This document shows positions 45,138 to 55,540 of a stretch of 64,000 bases of DNA, piece by piece (positions within the stretch are counted from its first letter, which is position 1; the number at the start of each line of letters is the position of its first letter). The stretch is from a bacterium (lineage in GTDB: Bacteria; Bacteroidota; Ignavibacteria; UBA10030): contig JAZDJN010000091.1 of the NCBI GenBank assembly GCA_043803945.1, positions 13,671-77,670 of the forward strand. Direction: 5' to 3'. A model generated the notes under the pieces. That model did not search any database, was not told the origin of the DNA, and worked only from the letters and a program-made list of their open reading frames with translations. Both the position numbers and the translations under genes were made by a program.

Positions 45138-47543
45138 ATGAACGAGTCGGACAGACAATCTGCAGTAGTATGTTACCATTGCGGTGCTCCTGCACTCGTT
45201 ACCCGAATTGATGATGAAGGCAAGAGCTTTTGCTGCGCCGGATGCAAAGCAGTCTATGAGATTCTATCACAGGCGGATCTCTGCAACTATTATGAGTTCC
45301 AGCAGAATCCCGGCATCACTCCTTCGATCCGCCCCGCGAAAAAATTCGCGTACCTCGATAATCCCGAACTGAAGCGCCAATTAGTGGAATTCTCTAACGG
45401 CGAGTTGAGCGTCATCAATCTTGTAATCCCTCAGATGCATTGCAGCTCTTGCATCTGGCTCCTTGAGCATCTTCAACGCCTTCATTCCGGTATTCTGTTT
45501 TCCCGGGTCGATTTTCTGAAAAAACAGCTCCTCATTCGGTTTTACGAAAAGAAGATTTCACTCAGAGAAGTTATCGAGTTGCTTTCCTCGCTGGGCTATG
45601 AACCGGAATTGAACCTTGGCTCCGTTCAATCGCAGCAAAAAAACACAATCGATCGAAGCCTCTATCTGAAGATTGGTGTCGCAGCGTTCTGTTTTGGAAA
45701 TATCATGCTCTTCAGTCTCCCCGAATACCTAGCAACATCCCAGGAGGATCTCGGTTCACGAATATATTTTGGGTACCTCAATCTTGTTCTCTCAATTCCT
45801 GTTGTTCTGTACAGCAGTTCGATCTTCTTTAGCTCAGGATTTAAAAACCTCTTGCGAGGAGTCATTACAATCGACCTGCCTATTGCGCTCGGCATTGCCA
45901 TCGTTTTCTTAAGAAGCGCTGCCGATGTTCTCTTTCAAACCGGTCCCGGTTACTTCGATTCGCTGACCGGATTAGTCTTCTTTCTTCTTCTCGGCAGGCT
46001 CTTTCAGAATAAGACATTTGACAGTCTGAATTTCGAACGGAAGTATCATTCCTATTTTCCTCTCGCTGCTGCAATAAAAACTGCTGAGGGGGAAACTACA
46101 GTCCCGCTTACTGCGCTGAGGCCCGGTCAGAGAGTTATCATCCGGAATAATGAAATCATACCGGCAGATGGTGTTGTGATGCAAGGGAAAGCCACAATTG
46201 ATTACAGTTTTGTAACGGGCGAATCTGAGCCTACTACAAAGACCATAGGAGATCTGGTGTACGCAGGCGGGAAGCAGGCAGGGGCTGCCGTGGAAATTGA
46301 ACTGGTGAAGGAAGTTGCCGAAAGCGAGTTGATACAACTCTGGAGCGATTTTGGAGCGTCGGAACGCACAAAATCACATTTACTGACTCTCTCTAACACT
46401 GCCGGTAAGTATTTCACGATAGCAATTCTTCTCATTGCAGCAGTCACTGCGCTGTATTGGTGGCTCATGAATCCTTCAATCATTCTCAACGCTGTTACTG
46501 CTATTCTCATTGTGTCCTGCCCATGTGCACTGGCGCTTGCGGCACCATTTGCGTTTGGAAGCACTATGAGAATCTTCGGGAAGAAAGGATTCTACCTGAA
46601 ACAGGCGGCAGTGATTGAGAGTTTGGCAAAAGTCTATACCATTGTATTCGATAAAACAGGCACATTGACCGAAACGAAACGTGCATCCATCCGGTTCATC
46701 GGAAAGGAGCTCACCGCAAATGAACGCTCACTCATTTCATCCGTTGCCAGATGCTCGACACATCCTCTGAGCCGAACGATCAGCGAGTATTTTGCTGCGA
46801 GTCCTTTCGAAGTTCACGACTTCGAGGAAGTTCAGGCGGCAGGGATTGCAGGCCGGGTAAATGGTTCACAAGTACGGCTCGGAACTGGACAATGGGTACA
46901 TGTCGACTATTCCGCGACGGAGAACGAAGATCAGCCGACTGCAGTGCACGCCGCTATCGATAATCAGTATCTTGGACACTTTGTGGTCAGTAACATCTAT
47001 CGGTCTGGTGTCAGAGAGGTTCTGAAAAATCTTGGCGATCACCATGCAGTGTTCCTCCTGTCGGGCGATAGTTCAAAAGAGGAAGCGACACTGCGAGTAC
47101 TCTACCCCGGATTCGTCGATATGCGCTTCCGCCAACAGCCGCATGACAAACTTGAGTCTATCAAACAACTTCAACATGACGGCAGGACCGTTATGATGAT
47201 TGGTGACGGCTTGAACGATGCAGGTGCACTCTGGCAGGCTGATCTTGGCATAGCGGTAACAGAGCGGAGTTCTGCTTTTTCACCGGCATGCGATGCCATC
47301 CTCACAAGTGCTTCATTTCACCAGCTCGATCGCTTCATACATTTTTCTACGACCTCACTCCATATCGTTTATGCTGCGTTCACTCTTTCTATAGTCTACA
47401 ATATCGTGGGATTATATTTTGCCGTGCAGGGTGCGCTCTCCCCCATTCTCGCAGCGATTTTAATGCCGCTCAGTTCCATTAGTGTTGTGGCATTTTCAAC
47501 GCTCATCACCCAGATGCTTGCTCGGCGGAAAGGTCTCCTCTAA
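45138..47543 (+). CDS. ccoI: Copper-translocating P1B-type ATPase of the cbb3 assembly cluster (CcoI/FixI)
   Basis: 801-aa ORF with an N-terminal Cys-rich metal-binding domain (CYHCGAP..CCAGCK). Other motifs are CPC (SCPCALALAAP), DKTGTLT and GDGLNDAGAL. Confidence 0.9.
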   Translation: MNESDRQSAVVCYHCGAPALVTRIDDEGKSFCCAGCKAVYEILSQADLCNYYEFQQNPGITPSIRPAKKFAYLDNPELKRQLVEFSNGELSVINLVIPQMHCSSCIWLLEHLQRLHSGILFSRVDFLKKQLLIRFYEKKISLREVIELLSSLGYEPELNLGSVQSQQKNTIDRSLYLKIGVAAFCFGNIMLFSLPEYLATSQEDLGSRIYFGYLNLVLSIPVVLYSSSIFFSSGFKNLLRGVITIDLPIALGIAIVFLRSAADVLFQTGPGYFDSLTGLVFFLLLGRLFQNKTFDSLNFERKYHSYFPLAAAIKTAEGETTVPLTALRPGQRVIIRNNEIIPADGVVMQGKATIDYSFVTGESEPTTKTIGDLVYAGGKQAGAAVEIELVKEVAESELIQLWSDFGASERTKSHLLTLSNTAGKYFTIAILLIAAVTALYWWLMNPSIILNAVTAILIVSCPCALALAAPFAFGSTMRIFGKKGFYLKQAAVIESLAKVYTIVFDKTGTLTETKRASIRFIGKELTANERSLISSVARCSTHPLSRTISEYFAASPFEVHDFEEVQAAGIAGRVNGSQVRLGTGQWVHVDYSATENEDQPTAVHAAIDNQYLGHFVVSNIYRSGVREVLKNLGDHHAVFLLSGDSSKEEATLRVLYPGFVDMRFRQQPHDKLESIKQLQHDGRTVMMIGDGLNDAGALWQADLGIAVTERSSAFSPACDAILTSASFHQLDRFIHFSTTSLHIVYAAFTLSIVYNIVGLYFAVQGALSPILAAILMPLSSISVVAFSTLITQMLARRKGLL

Positions 47544-47767
47544 TGTCGGTGGTCGTCGTCTTAATAGGATTTAGTGTTCTTGTTGCTCTGGGATTTCTCA
47601 TCGCGTTTATTTGGGCGGTGCGATCGGGTCAATACGACGATAAGTACACACCCTCGGTAAGAATTCTCTTTGATGATCAAAAGAAAACGAGTAATTTTGA
47701 CCAACATCCAACCACCACTGGAGAAGAAAGTCCTGATCATGCAGATGGAAAAGATCAGATACGATAA
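47543..47767 (+). CDS. ccoS: cbb3 oxidase maturation protein CcoS/FixS
   Basis: 74-aa ORF with a single TM helix followed by WAVRSGQYDD. Its start overlaps the ccoI stop (TAATG). Confidence 0.8.
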   Translation: MSVVVVLIGFSVLVALGFLIAFIWAVRSGQYDDKYTPSVRILFDDQKKTSNFDQHPTTTGEESPDHADGKDQIR

Positions 47768-49850
47768 CGGAATCGTCCGCAATTTCGTCATTGCTACAGC
47801 CCTGTGGGGAGCAGTGGGAATGCTTGTGGGAATCCTTATCGCACTGCAACTCTTCGAGCCCGCATTCAATGCCAAACTTCAATTTATTACTTTCGGACGC
47901 ATCCGTCCGCTTCATACCAATGCCGTTGTCTTTGCATTTGTTGGGAATGGTATTTTTATGGGATTATATTACTCCCTTCAGCGTCTCTGCAAAGCACGGA
48001 TGTTCAGCGATCTCCTCAGCAAGATTCACTTTTGGGGATGGCAGACAATCATCGTTTCCGCCGCTCTCACACTCCCCCTCGGATTTACATCGGGAAAGGA
48101 ATATGCCGAACTGGAATGGCCGATTGACATCGCCATTACACTTATATGGGCAGTCTTGACAGTGAACGTTGTCGGGACGATCGTGAAGCGTCGCGAAAAG
48201 CATATGTACGTTGCCATCTGGTTTTATCTGGCAACGCTGGTGACTGTTGCTGTGCTCCATATCGTAAACTCCATTGAGCTGCCGGTCTCCTATCTCAAGA
48301 GTTACCCGGTCTATGCCGGCGTGCAGGATGCTCTGGTACAATGGTGGTACGGGCATAATGCTGTTGCGTTTTTTCTCACCACGCCATATTTGGGATTGAT
48401 GTATTACTTTCTCCCCAAAGCGGCAAACCGGCCCGTCTATTCGTACCGGCTCTCAATTGTTCACTTCTGGTCGTTGATCTTCCTCTATATTTGGGCTGGC
48501 CCGCATCACCTTCTCTATACCGCGCTTCCTGATTGGGCACAGTCTCTCGGTACGGTATTCTCTGTGATGCTCCTTGCTCCATCGTGGGGTGGTGCTATCA
48601 ATGGACTGCTGACATTGCGCGGAGCCTGGGATAAAGTGCGGGAAGAGCCGGTATTAAAATTCATGGTAATTGCTGTTACAGCGTACGGTATGTCCACGCT
48701 CGAAGGGCCTTTGCTCTCATTAAAAAATGTGAATGCAATATCTCACTACACCGATTGGACAATCTCCCATGCCCACATTGGAGCGTTGGGATGGAACGGG
48801 TTTCTGACATTTGGAATTCTCTACTGGATCGTTCCAAAATTATGGAACACGCAGATATATTCCCGCAAATTGGCAAATTTCCATTTCTGGATTGGCACGC
48901 TTGGCATTGTATTCTATGCCGTTGGATTATACTGGGCTGGTATTACACAATCATTGATGTGGAAACAATTCACTTCCTTTGGCGTTCTTCAGTATCCCAA
49001 TTTTCTTGAGACGGTAACACAGATCCTTCCCTTCTATATGATTCGAGCGTTTGGCGGCACTCTCTATTTCATCGGAGCACTCGTGATGATCTATACCCTC
49101 TTCAAAACCGCCAGACAGGGAAAGCTGGTGAAGAATGAGGAGGTCGAGGTTCCAAGCCGTTGGACCGACACCCACGCTGTTAAGGAAAACAAACATCGCT
49201 GGCTCGAAAAAAGGCCGATTCAATTCGCCGTCCTTTCTGCCGTTGTGATCTTGATCGGGGGCCTGGTGGAACTTATCCCCACGTTTCTGATCAAATCAAA
49301 TATTCCAACGATCAGCTCGGTAAAACCCTATACGCCGTTGGAATTGGAGGGGCGTGATATCTACATCCGAGAAGGGTGCAACACTTGTCACTCGCAGATG
49401 ATACGGCCATTCAGGTCCGAGACAGAACGATACGGCGAATATTCCAAAGCGGGAGAGTACGTCTATGATCATCCGTTCCTCTGGGGTTCAAAACGGACAG
49501 GTCCGGATCTGCATCGCGAAGGCAAGAAGTATCCTAACCTCTGGCATTTCATGCACATGGAAAATCCACAATCTGTTTCACCGGGATCGATTATGCCTTC
49601 CTATCCCTGGTTGTTTACAAGTGATGCAGACGTCTCGATTGCACAATTAAAAATCCGTGCCATGCAGAGGCTCGGTGTTCCATATCCAAAAGGATATGAT
49701 AAGCAGGCAGCGGCAGATCTCCGGTCACAGGCTGAGAATATTGCCGCAGATTTACAGAAACAGAATGCACCTGCCGATCCCGGGAAAGAGATCATCGCAC
49801 TCATTGCCTACCTGCAGCGGTTGGGCATTGATATTGCAGTTCAGCAATAA
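47739..49850 (+). CDS. ccoNO: cbb3-type cytochrome c oxidase, fused subunits I and II (CcoN-CcoO)
   Basis: Heme-copper oxidase core (..HNAVAFF.., ..HHLLYT.., ..SHAHIGALGW..) followed by the CcoO part with CNTCHSQMIRP. Start taken at the ATG at 47739 after GGAGAAG. Confidence 0.92.
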   Translation: MQMEKIRYDNGIVRNFVIATALWGAVGMLVGILIALQLFEPAFNAKLQFITFGRIRPLHTNAVVFAFVGNGIFMGLYYSLQRLCKARMFSDLLSKIHFWGWQTIIVSAALTLPLGFTSGKEYAELEWPIDIAITLIWAVLTVNVVGTIVKRREKHMYVAIWFYLATLVTVAVLHIVNSIELPVSYLKSYPVYAGVQDALVQWWYGHNAVAFFLTTPYLGLMYYFLPKAANRPVYSYRLSIVHFWSLIFLYIWAGPHHLLYTALPDWAQSLGTVFSVMLLAPSWGGAINGLLTLRGAWDKVREEPVLKFMVIAVTAYGMSTLEGPLLSLKNVNAISHYTDWTISHAHIGALGWNGFLTFGILYWIVPKLWNTQIYSRKLANFHFWIGTLGIVFYAVGLYWAGITQSLMWKQFTSFGVLQYPNFLETVTQILPFYMIRAFGGTLYFIGALVMIYTLFKTARQGKLVKNEEVEVPSRWTDTHAVKENKHRWLEKRPIQFAVLSAVVILIGGLVELIPTFLIKSNIPTISSVKPYTPLELEGRDIYIREGCNTCHSQMIRPFRSETERYGEYSKAGEYVYDHPFLWGSKRTGPDLHREGKKYPNLWHFMHMENPQSVSPGSIMPSYPWLFTSDADVSIAQLKIRAMQRLGVPYPKGYDKQAAADLRSQAENIAADLQKQNAPADPGKEIIALIAYLQRLGIDIAVQQ

Positions 49851-49862
49851 GGAGCTACAGTA

Positions 49863-50018
49863 ATGCTGGGAAATTATCTGAATGCCATTGAAGGCATCGC
49901 AACGTATCCTCTGGTGACGTTGATGATCTTCTTTTCGTTTTTCATCGCGGTTCTCGTGATGGTTGTTCGCATGAAGAAAGAACATATTGACAAGATGAGG
50001 CAACTCCCATTGGAGTAA
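49863..50018 (+). CDS. ccoQ: CcoQ/FixQ-like small membrane subunit (51 aa; below ORF-track cutoff)
   Basis: Manual translation gives MLGNYLNAIEGIATYPLVTLMIFFSFFIAVLVMVVRMKKEHIDKMRQLPLE. It has a single TM helix and starts 12 nt after ccoNO. Confidence 0.6.
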   Translation: MLGNYLNAIEGIATYPLVTLMIFFSFFIAVLVMVVRMKKEHIDKMRQLPLE

Positions 50019-50029
50019 GTATTGGTAAT

Positions 50030-50350
50030 TTCGACTAAGCTTTTATAGGAAGGCTCCGTAGGAGCTATATATTTCTAACAAACACGATAAACTAAGTTTG
50101 AGCTCCATAGGAGCGAGACAAGGATTGGTTACAATTCTATTTAAAGAAAGGTTCGAATACTTCGAAGATTATATCGCTCCGAATGGAGCTTGATTACTCT
50201 TAGTTTTTAGGTTACAAACATTCTGAGGGTGTCTGAAAAGTTTTGAATAGGTTATCTTCAATATTCAAAATTGTGCAATCCAATGAATTATCGCAACTCC
50301 AACGTGGACGAGTTGGCAACTCGTCCTACATTTCAGACACCCTCATCCTC
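50030..50350. repeat. Non-coding insert with three GCTCC-N3/4-GGAGC hairpins and a 15-bp perfect inverted repeat enclosing nested hairpins (MITE-like or structured RNA)
   Basis: Hairpins lie at 50053-50065, 50102-50114 and 50176-50189. The inverted repeat is TGAGGGTGTCTGAAA (50224-50238) / TTTCAGACACCCTCA (50331-50345). Inner stems are TTGAATA/TATTCAA and GGACGAGTT/AACTCGTCC. Confidence 0.5.
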
Positions 50351-50428
50351 TGTAAATTGCACTCATGCTTTTACATTTTTTGGATAACGATTCTGTCTAA
50401 GTGCGGAGATGTTAGAACTGTTGAATAT

Positions 50429-51298
50429 ATGAGGTATAATAAGATGAGCAAGATTTTATTCCCAGGATTGTATCGCGTCTTCGCTTTAGCGAGTGCTCTT
50501 ATTGTCATCAGCTCGTCAGCAATGGCCGACAGCGGCACCATCGACAAAGGTGGAGAACTGGCATTAATCATCACCGGAGCATTGACGGCGTTCTTCATCG
50601 TACTCATTTTCTTTGTCATCTTTGTGCTGAATGGCAACATCGATCCGCTGACTGCGATTCTGAGGGCCGTATGGGAACACATCGTTCCGCAGGATGCCGA
50701 CAAGGCGATTGCGATGGATGAGGATTTCGATGGAATTACCGAACTCGACAACCAAATACCGCCCTGGTTCAATTATCTCTTTGCAGGATCGGTTGTCTTC
50801 GCTCTTATGTACATGCTCGATTATCACGTCTGGGGAACAAGTCCACTGCCCGGTACTGAATTTTCGCAGGAAGTCGCGGCGGCAGATCTCCTTCGGCGGG
50901 TACGAATTGCATCCGAAGGTACCATCGATGAAAACCAGCTCACGGCCCTGAAAGATTCTGAATCGATAAAGTCCGGCTCTGAAAAATTCATGAAGAATTG
51001 TGTGAGCTGCCATGGGAACAAGGGCGAGGGAATCGTCGGGCCAAACCTGACCGATCAATTCTGGATTCATGGCGGCGGTGTGAAAGAGATCTATGCAACC
51101 ATTAAAAACGGAATCCCCGCAAAAGGGATGATCAGTTGGAAATTAGTCTTCACTCCAAAAGAGATTCAACTGCTCTCGAGTTTTATCCTCTCTCTGCAAG
51201 GTACCAATCCACCGAATGCAAAGAAGGCCGAAGGAGTACTCTATGTTGCTCCGAAGATGGCTGTAAAAGATTCAACAAAACAGAAGGCAACATCGTAA
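50429..51298 (+). CDS. ccoP: cbb3-type cytochrome c oxidase subunit III (CcoP), monoheme form
   Basis: It has a FixP N-terminal motif (DGITELDNQIPPWFNY) and a single CVSCHG heme site. Start at the ATG at 50429 or 50444. The track ORF start at 50243 reads through the non-coding insert. Confidence 0.8.
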   Translation: MRYNKMSKILFPGLYRVFALASALIVISSSAMADSGTIDKGGELALIITGALTAFFIVLIFFVIFVLNGNIDPLTAILRAVWEHIVPQDADKAIAMDEDFDGITELDNQIPPWFNYLFAGSVVFALMYMLDYHVWGTSPLPGTEFSQEVAAADLLRRVRIASEGTIDENQLTALKDSESIKSGSEKFMKNCVSCHGNKGEGIVGPNLTDQFWIHGGGVKEIYATIKNGIPAKGMISWKLVFTPKEIQLLSSFILSLQGTNPPNAKKAEGVLYVAPKMAVKDSTKQKATS

Positions 51299-51313
51299 GA
51301 ATCGAGCATTGAC

Positions 51314-52732
51314 GTGGAAAATAGAGAATTACAGAGCCAGCCCTCCTTCCGGGATCAGCTCGGTATCGTCTCGAAGGAAGGGAAACGGAAATGGGTCTAC
51401 CCGCGTAAACCGAGCGGCCCCTTCCATCGCGCACGTCTCATCCTTAGCTGGATTCTTTGTGCAATTTTACTCGGTGTACCCTTCATCCGGCTGAATGGCC
51501 ATCCGGTCATGTTGTTCGACATCACAGAACGAAAATTCATCATCCTTGGATTGATCTTTGGCCCGCACGATTTCTTCCTGCTCGCGCTGACGATGATTAC
51601 AGTGATCGTCTTCATTTTTCTCTTCACTGTCGTGTTCGGCAGACTCTTCTGCGGTTGGATCTGTCCGCAGACCGTGTTCATGGAAATGGTCTTCCGGAAG
51701 ATCGATTATTGGATTGAAGGGAATCATCGGGAACAACGTGCACTCAACGAATCGTCGATGAATGGCACAAAAGCATGGAAGAAGTTATTCAAGCATTCTT
51801 TGTACTTTACCATTTCGTTTATCATTGCCAACATGCTCCTGGCATGGGTCATAGGAACAGACAAACTCTTCACGATCATCGCCGACCCACCTTCACAACA
51901 TCTTGCCGGATTAACGGCAATCGTCGCCTTCACCGGAGTGTTTCATTGGATTTTTGGCTGGTTTCGCGAACAGGCTTGCATCCTCATCTGTCCCTATGGA
52001 CGGCTTCAGGGTGTCTTATTGGATCGCCGGTCCACTGTGATTGCGTACGATTTCATTCGGGGAGAACCGCGGAGAAAATATAAGAAAAGTGAATCCCGTG
52101 AATTGGGAGATTGCATCGATTGCCATCAATGTGTTGAGGTCTGCCCGACAGGAATAGATATCCGTAATGGAACACAACTCGAATGCGTGAACTGTACAGC
52201 ATGCATCGACGCATGTAATACGATCATGGACTCGATCGAGCGGCCGCGTGAATTAATCCGCTACGACTCTATCGAGGGTATAGAGAAAAAAGCCCCGTCT
52301 CTGGTTACAATGCGAAGTGTTGGTTACTCGGTTGTCCTGCTCCTTCTCATCTCCGTATTGAGTTACTTGCTTTACAATCGGTCGGAGATCGATGTGACAA
52401 TCCTCAGAACTCCCGGTCTGTTCTTCCAGGAGCAACCCGATAAGCAGGTGAGCAACCTCTACGACGTTAAGGCCATCAATAAAACATTTGAGGAATTCCC
52501 CCTCACGTTCAAACTCAAAAATATTGAAGGATCTATTTCAGTTCTTGGCGATGTTCACACTCTCAAGCCTCAGGAAGCAGCCTCCGCCCGTCTCTTTGTT
52601 ATACTTCACCGGAGTCAACTTCGTACGATGAACACTCCATTCGAAATTGAAATATTCCGGGGCACACAGCTCGTTAACGTCGTCCAGACATCGTTCCTCG
52701 GACCCCTACAAATGAAAGGAAAAACGGAGTGA
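51314..52732 (+). CDS. ccoG: cbb3 oxidase accessory 4Fe-4S protein CcoG/FixG
   Basis: 472-aa ORF with TM helices and ferredoxin clusters CIDCHQCVEVCP and CVNCTACIDAC. GTG start. Confidence 0.9.
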   Translation: MENRELQSQPSFRDQLGIVSKEGKRKWVYPRKPSGPFHRARLILSWILCAILLGVPFIRLNGHPVMLFDITERKFIILGLIFGPHDFFLLALTMITVIVFIFLFTVVFGRLFCGWICPQTVFMEMVFRKIDYWIEGNHREQRALNESSMNGTKAWKKLFKHSLYFTISFIIANMLLAWVIGTDKLFTIIADPPSQHLAGLTAIVAFTGVFHWIFGWFREQACILICPYGRLQGVLLDRRSTVIAYDFIRGEPRRKYKKSESRELGDCIDCHQCVEVCPTGIDIRNGTQLECVNCTACIDACNTIMDSIERPRELIRYDSIEGIEKKAPSLVTMRSVGYSVVLLLLISVLSYLLYNRSEIDVTILRTPGLFFQEQPDKQVSNLYDVKAINKTFEEFPLTFKLKNIEGSISVLGDVHTLKPQEAASARLFVILHRSQLRTMNTPFEIEIFRGTQLVNVVQTSFLGPLQMKGKTE

Positions 52733-53172
52733 AGCTTCATTGGGGAATCGGTCTTGGTATCGGTTTCGCCTTCTTCGCGCTGGGGATTCTGGCGCTGGTT
52801 ATCATTTCCATGAATCAGAAAATCGATCTGGTCAGCGACGATTACTATCAGAAAGAATTACGTCATCAAGAGCAGATCGAGAGAACTCAGCGCTCGACAG
52901 CACTAAAAGAGCGGCTCGAGGTAACGAGCGTTGGAACCCGTATCTCAATTCGTTTCCCAAAGATGTTTTCACCAGGCAATCTTAAAGGGACACTTTCTTT
53001 TTACAGGCCGGCAGACCGCTCGAATGATTTCTCGATCTCAATCTCCCTCGATTCAACCAATGCGCAAAGTGTCATCACTGATTCACTTGTTAAAGGTTTG
53101 TGGAGGTTGAAAGCATTCTGGACAAGCGCTCAGCTTGAGTATTATCACGAAGAAGCATTGATTATCCAATAA
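52729..53172 (+). CDS. FixH-family protein
   Basis: 147-aa ORF with an N-terminal TM helix followed by SDDYYQKE.. Its position after ccoG supports the call, and it overlaps the ccoG stop. Confidence 0.72.
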   Translation: MKLHWGIGLGIGFAFFALGILALVIISMNQKIDLVSDDYYQKELRHQEQIERTQRSTALKERLEVTSVGTRISIRFPKMFSPGNLKGTLSFYRPADRSNDFSISISLDSTNAQSVITDSLVKGLWRLKAFWTSAQLEYYHEEALIIQ

Positions 53173-53173
53173 G

Positions 53174-53887
53174 GTGTTTATGGAATTTTTTGCAGGACTG
53201 ATGTTTGGTTTCGCCGGTAGTCTGCATTGCATTGGGATGTGCGGCCCCATCGTACTGGCACTTTCCACCGGACAACAATCTTTCTCCAAACTCCTTCTGG
53301 GGCGGCTAGCCTACAACCTTGGAAGAGTCTTCACATACACCATGGTGGGAGCAATTGTCGGATGGATCGGCGGTGCTTTGCTGATTCCGTTACTTCAGGA
53401 AAAACTCACCATCATCATGGGAGTTGTCATTCTGATAGGCGCACTTTTTCCGCTGCTCGTTAAATCCGCTTCAACTATTCGCTTGCTTCCCCAGCCGTTG
53501 TATCAACGATTAATCTCTCAGATCGCATCGCTTCTTACGACACAATCAGTTCACACGCTGTTTCTTCTTGGCATATTGAATGGATTGCTTCCCTGTGGAT
53601 TTGTGTATATGGGTATTGCCGGAGCAGTGGCTACCGGCTCGTTGATTGGCGGTGTATTGTTTATGGCTGGATTCGGTGTTGGTACGATTCCAGCAATGTT
53701 GAGCTTTGCGATTTCACCGAGACTTATTTCGGTCAATGCCCGCACCAAACTCGCACGCATGCTCCCCGCGTTCACAATACTAGTTGGGATTTTGCTGATC
53801 GTTCGGGGTTTGGCTTTGGGGATTCCTTATCTCAGCCCAAAACTTCAGGATCGGGCCGCTTCGATGCAAATGGAACACCATCACTAA
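53174..53887 (+). CDS. DsbD_2 / TauE-SafE-like polytopic membrane protein of the cco cluster
   Basis: 237-aa ORF with 6 TM helices and the N-terminal motif GSLHCIGMCGPIV. An alternative ATG lies at 53180. Confidence 0.68.
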   Translation: MFMEFFAGLMFGFAGSLHCIGMCGPIVLALSTGQQSFSKLLLGRLAYNLGRVFTYTMVGAIVGWIGGALLIPLLQEKLTIIMGVVILIGALFPLLVKSASTIRLLPQPLYQRLISQIASLLTTQSVHTLFLLGILNGLLPCGFVYMGIAGAVATGSLIGGVLFMAGFGVGTIPAMLSFAISPRLISVNARTKLARMLPAFTILVGILLIVRGLALGIPYLSPKLQDRAASMQMEHHH

Positions 53888-53937
53888 TTTTTTTTAAACT
53901 AGAAAGTACTCCAACATTCCTAAAAGAAAAAGCTTTG

Positions 53938-54843
53938 ATGAATACACTGCAGCGTTGTCTCAATACGATTTTCTGTTTGCTTGTGCTGTCGGCAAATTTA
54001 TCACTGCTGCAATCCCAGCCATCCGCTAACGATTCAATTCAACTCTTAATTCGTTGCGATGATCTCGGCATGTGCCACAGTGTGAACCTTGCTGCGAAAC
54101 GACTCTTCGAGTCAGGACTTCCAGTCTCAGTATCCATTATGTTCGCCTGTCCCTGGTATCAGGAAGCGGTCGACCTCCTGAAGCAGTACCCGGATGTATC
54201 GGCAGGAGTTCACTTAACGCTTAATGCAGAATGGAAGAATTATCGTTGGGGACCAGTGTTAGGAAAAGTTGCTGTACCAAGTTTGGTAGACAGCATCGGC
54301 TTTTTTTTTCCTTCAAGAGCAACATTTTTTGCCAACAATCCTAAGATTGCTGAGGTCGAGAAAGAGCTGCGCGCACAAATTGAGCGGGCATTAAGCTCAG
54401 GAATCAGGATCGATTATCTCGATTACCATATGGGTACTGTTGTGGACACACCTGAGCTCCGGGCATTGCTTGAGAGATTAGCGAACGAATATCACCTTGG
54501 CATCTCTCGCTACTTTGGAGAAAGGGATGTTGCCGGCGTTTATAAGCTCGCTCCCGAAACAAAGACAGACTCACTTCTTGCTACGATCTCGGGTTTAAAG
54601 AATGGACCAGTGCAACTTCTTGTTTGCCATATCGGCCTGGATACTCCCGAGATGAGCGCTCTCATCGATCTGAACACTTTTGGTTTGGCTCAGATGAGTA
54701 AGCATCGTGAAGCTGAACTCAATGCACTTCTTTCAAACGATTTTCGGAAGATCATCAAGGATAAGAAGATACGATTGTTGACTTATAGGGATATTATTAG
54801 ACGAATGGGTCTCGACAAGATGCAGAGGCCAGGAGTAGAGTGA
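53938..54843 (+). CDS. ChbG/HpnK (YdjC-like) family carbohydrate deacetylase, secreted
   Basis: Signal peptide present. The motifs LLIRCDDLGMCHSVN, HLTLNAEW and DYHMG are typical of the YdjC family. Confidence 0.78.
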   Translation: MNTLQRCLNTIFCLLVLSANLSLLQSQPSANDSIQLLIRCDDLGMCHSVNLAAKRLFESGLPVSVSIMFACPWYQEAVDLLKQYPDVSAGVHLTLNAEWKNYRWGPVLGKVAVPSLVDSIGFFFPSRATFFANNPKIAEVEKELRAQIERALSSGIRIDYLDYHMGTVVDTPELRALLERLANEYHLGISRYFGERDVAGVYKLAPETKTDSLLATISGLKNGPVQLLVCHIGLDTPEMSALIDLNTFGLAQMSKHREAELNALLSNDFRKIIKDKKIRLLTYRDIIRRMGLDKMQRPGVE

Positions 54844-55391
54844 GCAGTTGATGTTAGACATCTGAAGTGTTTTACTGAAATCTGGATTGAGTGTAATACC
54901 GCAAGGCACGCTGAGGACACCAAAGAAAATCCTAAAATGAAAGAGTAGATAGAGAAAGACATTTCGTATTTACTCAACTCGCTTAGTAATCCTACTACTT
55001 TCACTTATCTTTCGCCCACTTTCCCAAGAGGGCTGGGAGGATTCTACAAGCTGCTGCAGATAAATCTCATTGAGAACTCCGACTCCATCGACAAATCCCC
55101 CTTCCCCCCTTTTCGAAAGGGGGAAATTGTGCCCGCAGAAGAACAACAATCATCAACACATCCAGTCATTATCTTGCCCCGATATACACAAATGGAAACC
55201 AAATTGCCCTTTGCGTGAACTGTGTTGAGCAATTATATCATTCCTTAAAATACCTTTGTGCACCTTGTGTCCTCGGCAGTAGTATCTCTTTATGCGATCC
55301 AATCGTACTTGTTTTGTGAAATGCAGAAGAGTAAGCCGTTCCTGAAAAACTAAAAAAACGCTTTCAGGAGACTTCTGAAAGCGCTTTTTTT

Positions 55392-55520
55392 TGTGGGCAC
55401 TACTGGGGTCCCCGCCCGACCGCATTTGAGTCTGATTATCGGTCGGGCGGGTCCACCAGAGGCGGATGAGCTTTCCGCCAAAAAGACGACGGACAAACTG
55501 GCTCAGAACCAGTGACCTTA
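55392..55520 (-). repeat. Partial direct copies of the tRNA-Val 3' part (T-arm copy 55497-55520; T-stem/acceptor copy 55392-55409) separated by unrelated hairpins
   Basis: Minus strand TAAGGTCACTGGTTC..CCAGT matches the tRNA variable/T-arm. Minus strand ACCCCAGTAGTGCCCACA matches tRNA ACCCCAGTAGCGCCCACA at 17 of 18 positions. A 12-bp perfect hairpin, CCCGCCCGACCG/CGGTCGGGCGGG, lies between them. Confidence 0.6.
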
Positions 55521-55540
55521 TCCTTGGAGCAGTGAGTTCA

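Noticed and set aside
50243-50428. N-terminal 62 codons of the track ORF for CcoP
   Set aside because: This stretch reads through the inverted-repeat-rich spacer and has no CcoP-like features. The signal anchor and FixP N-terminal motif begin after the ATGs at 50429/50444.
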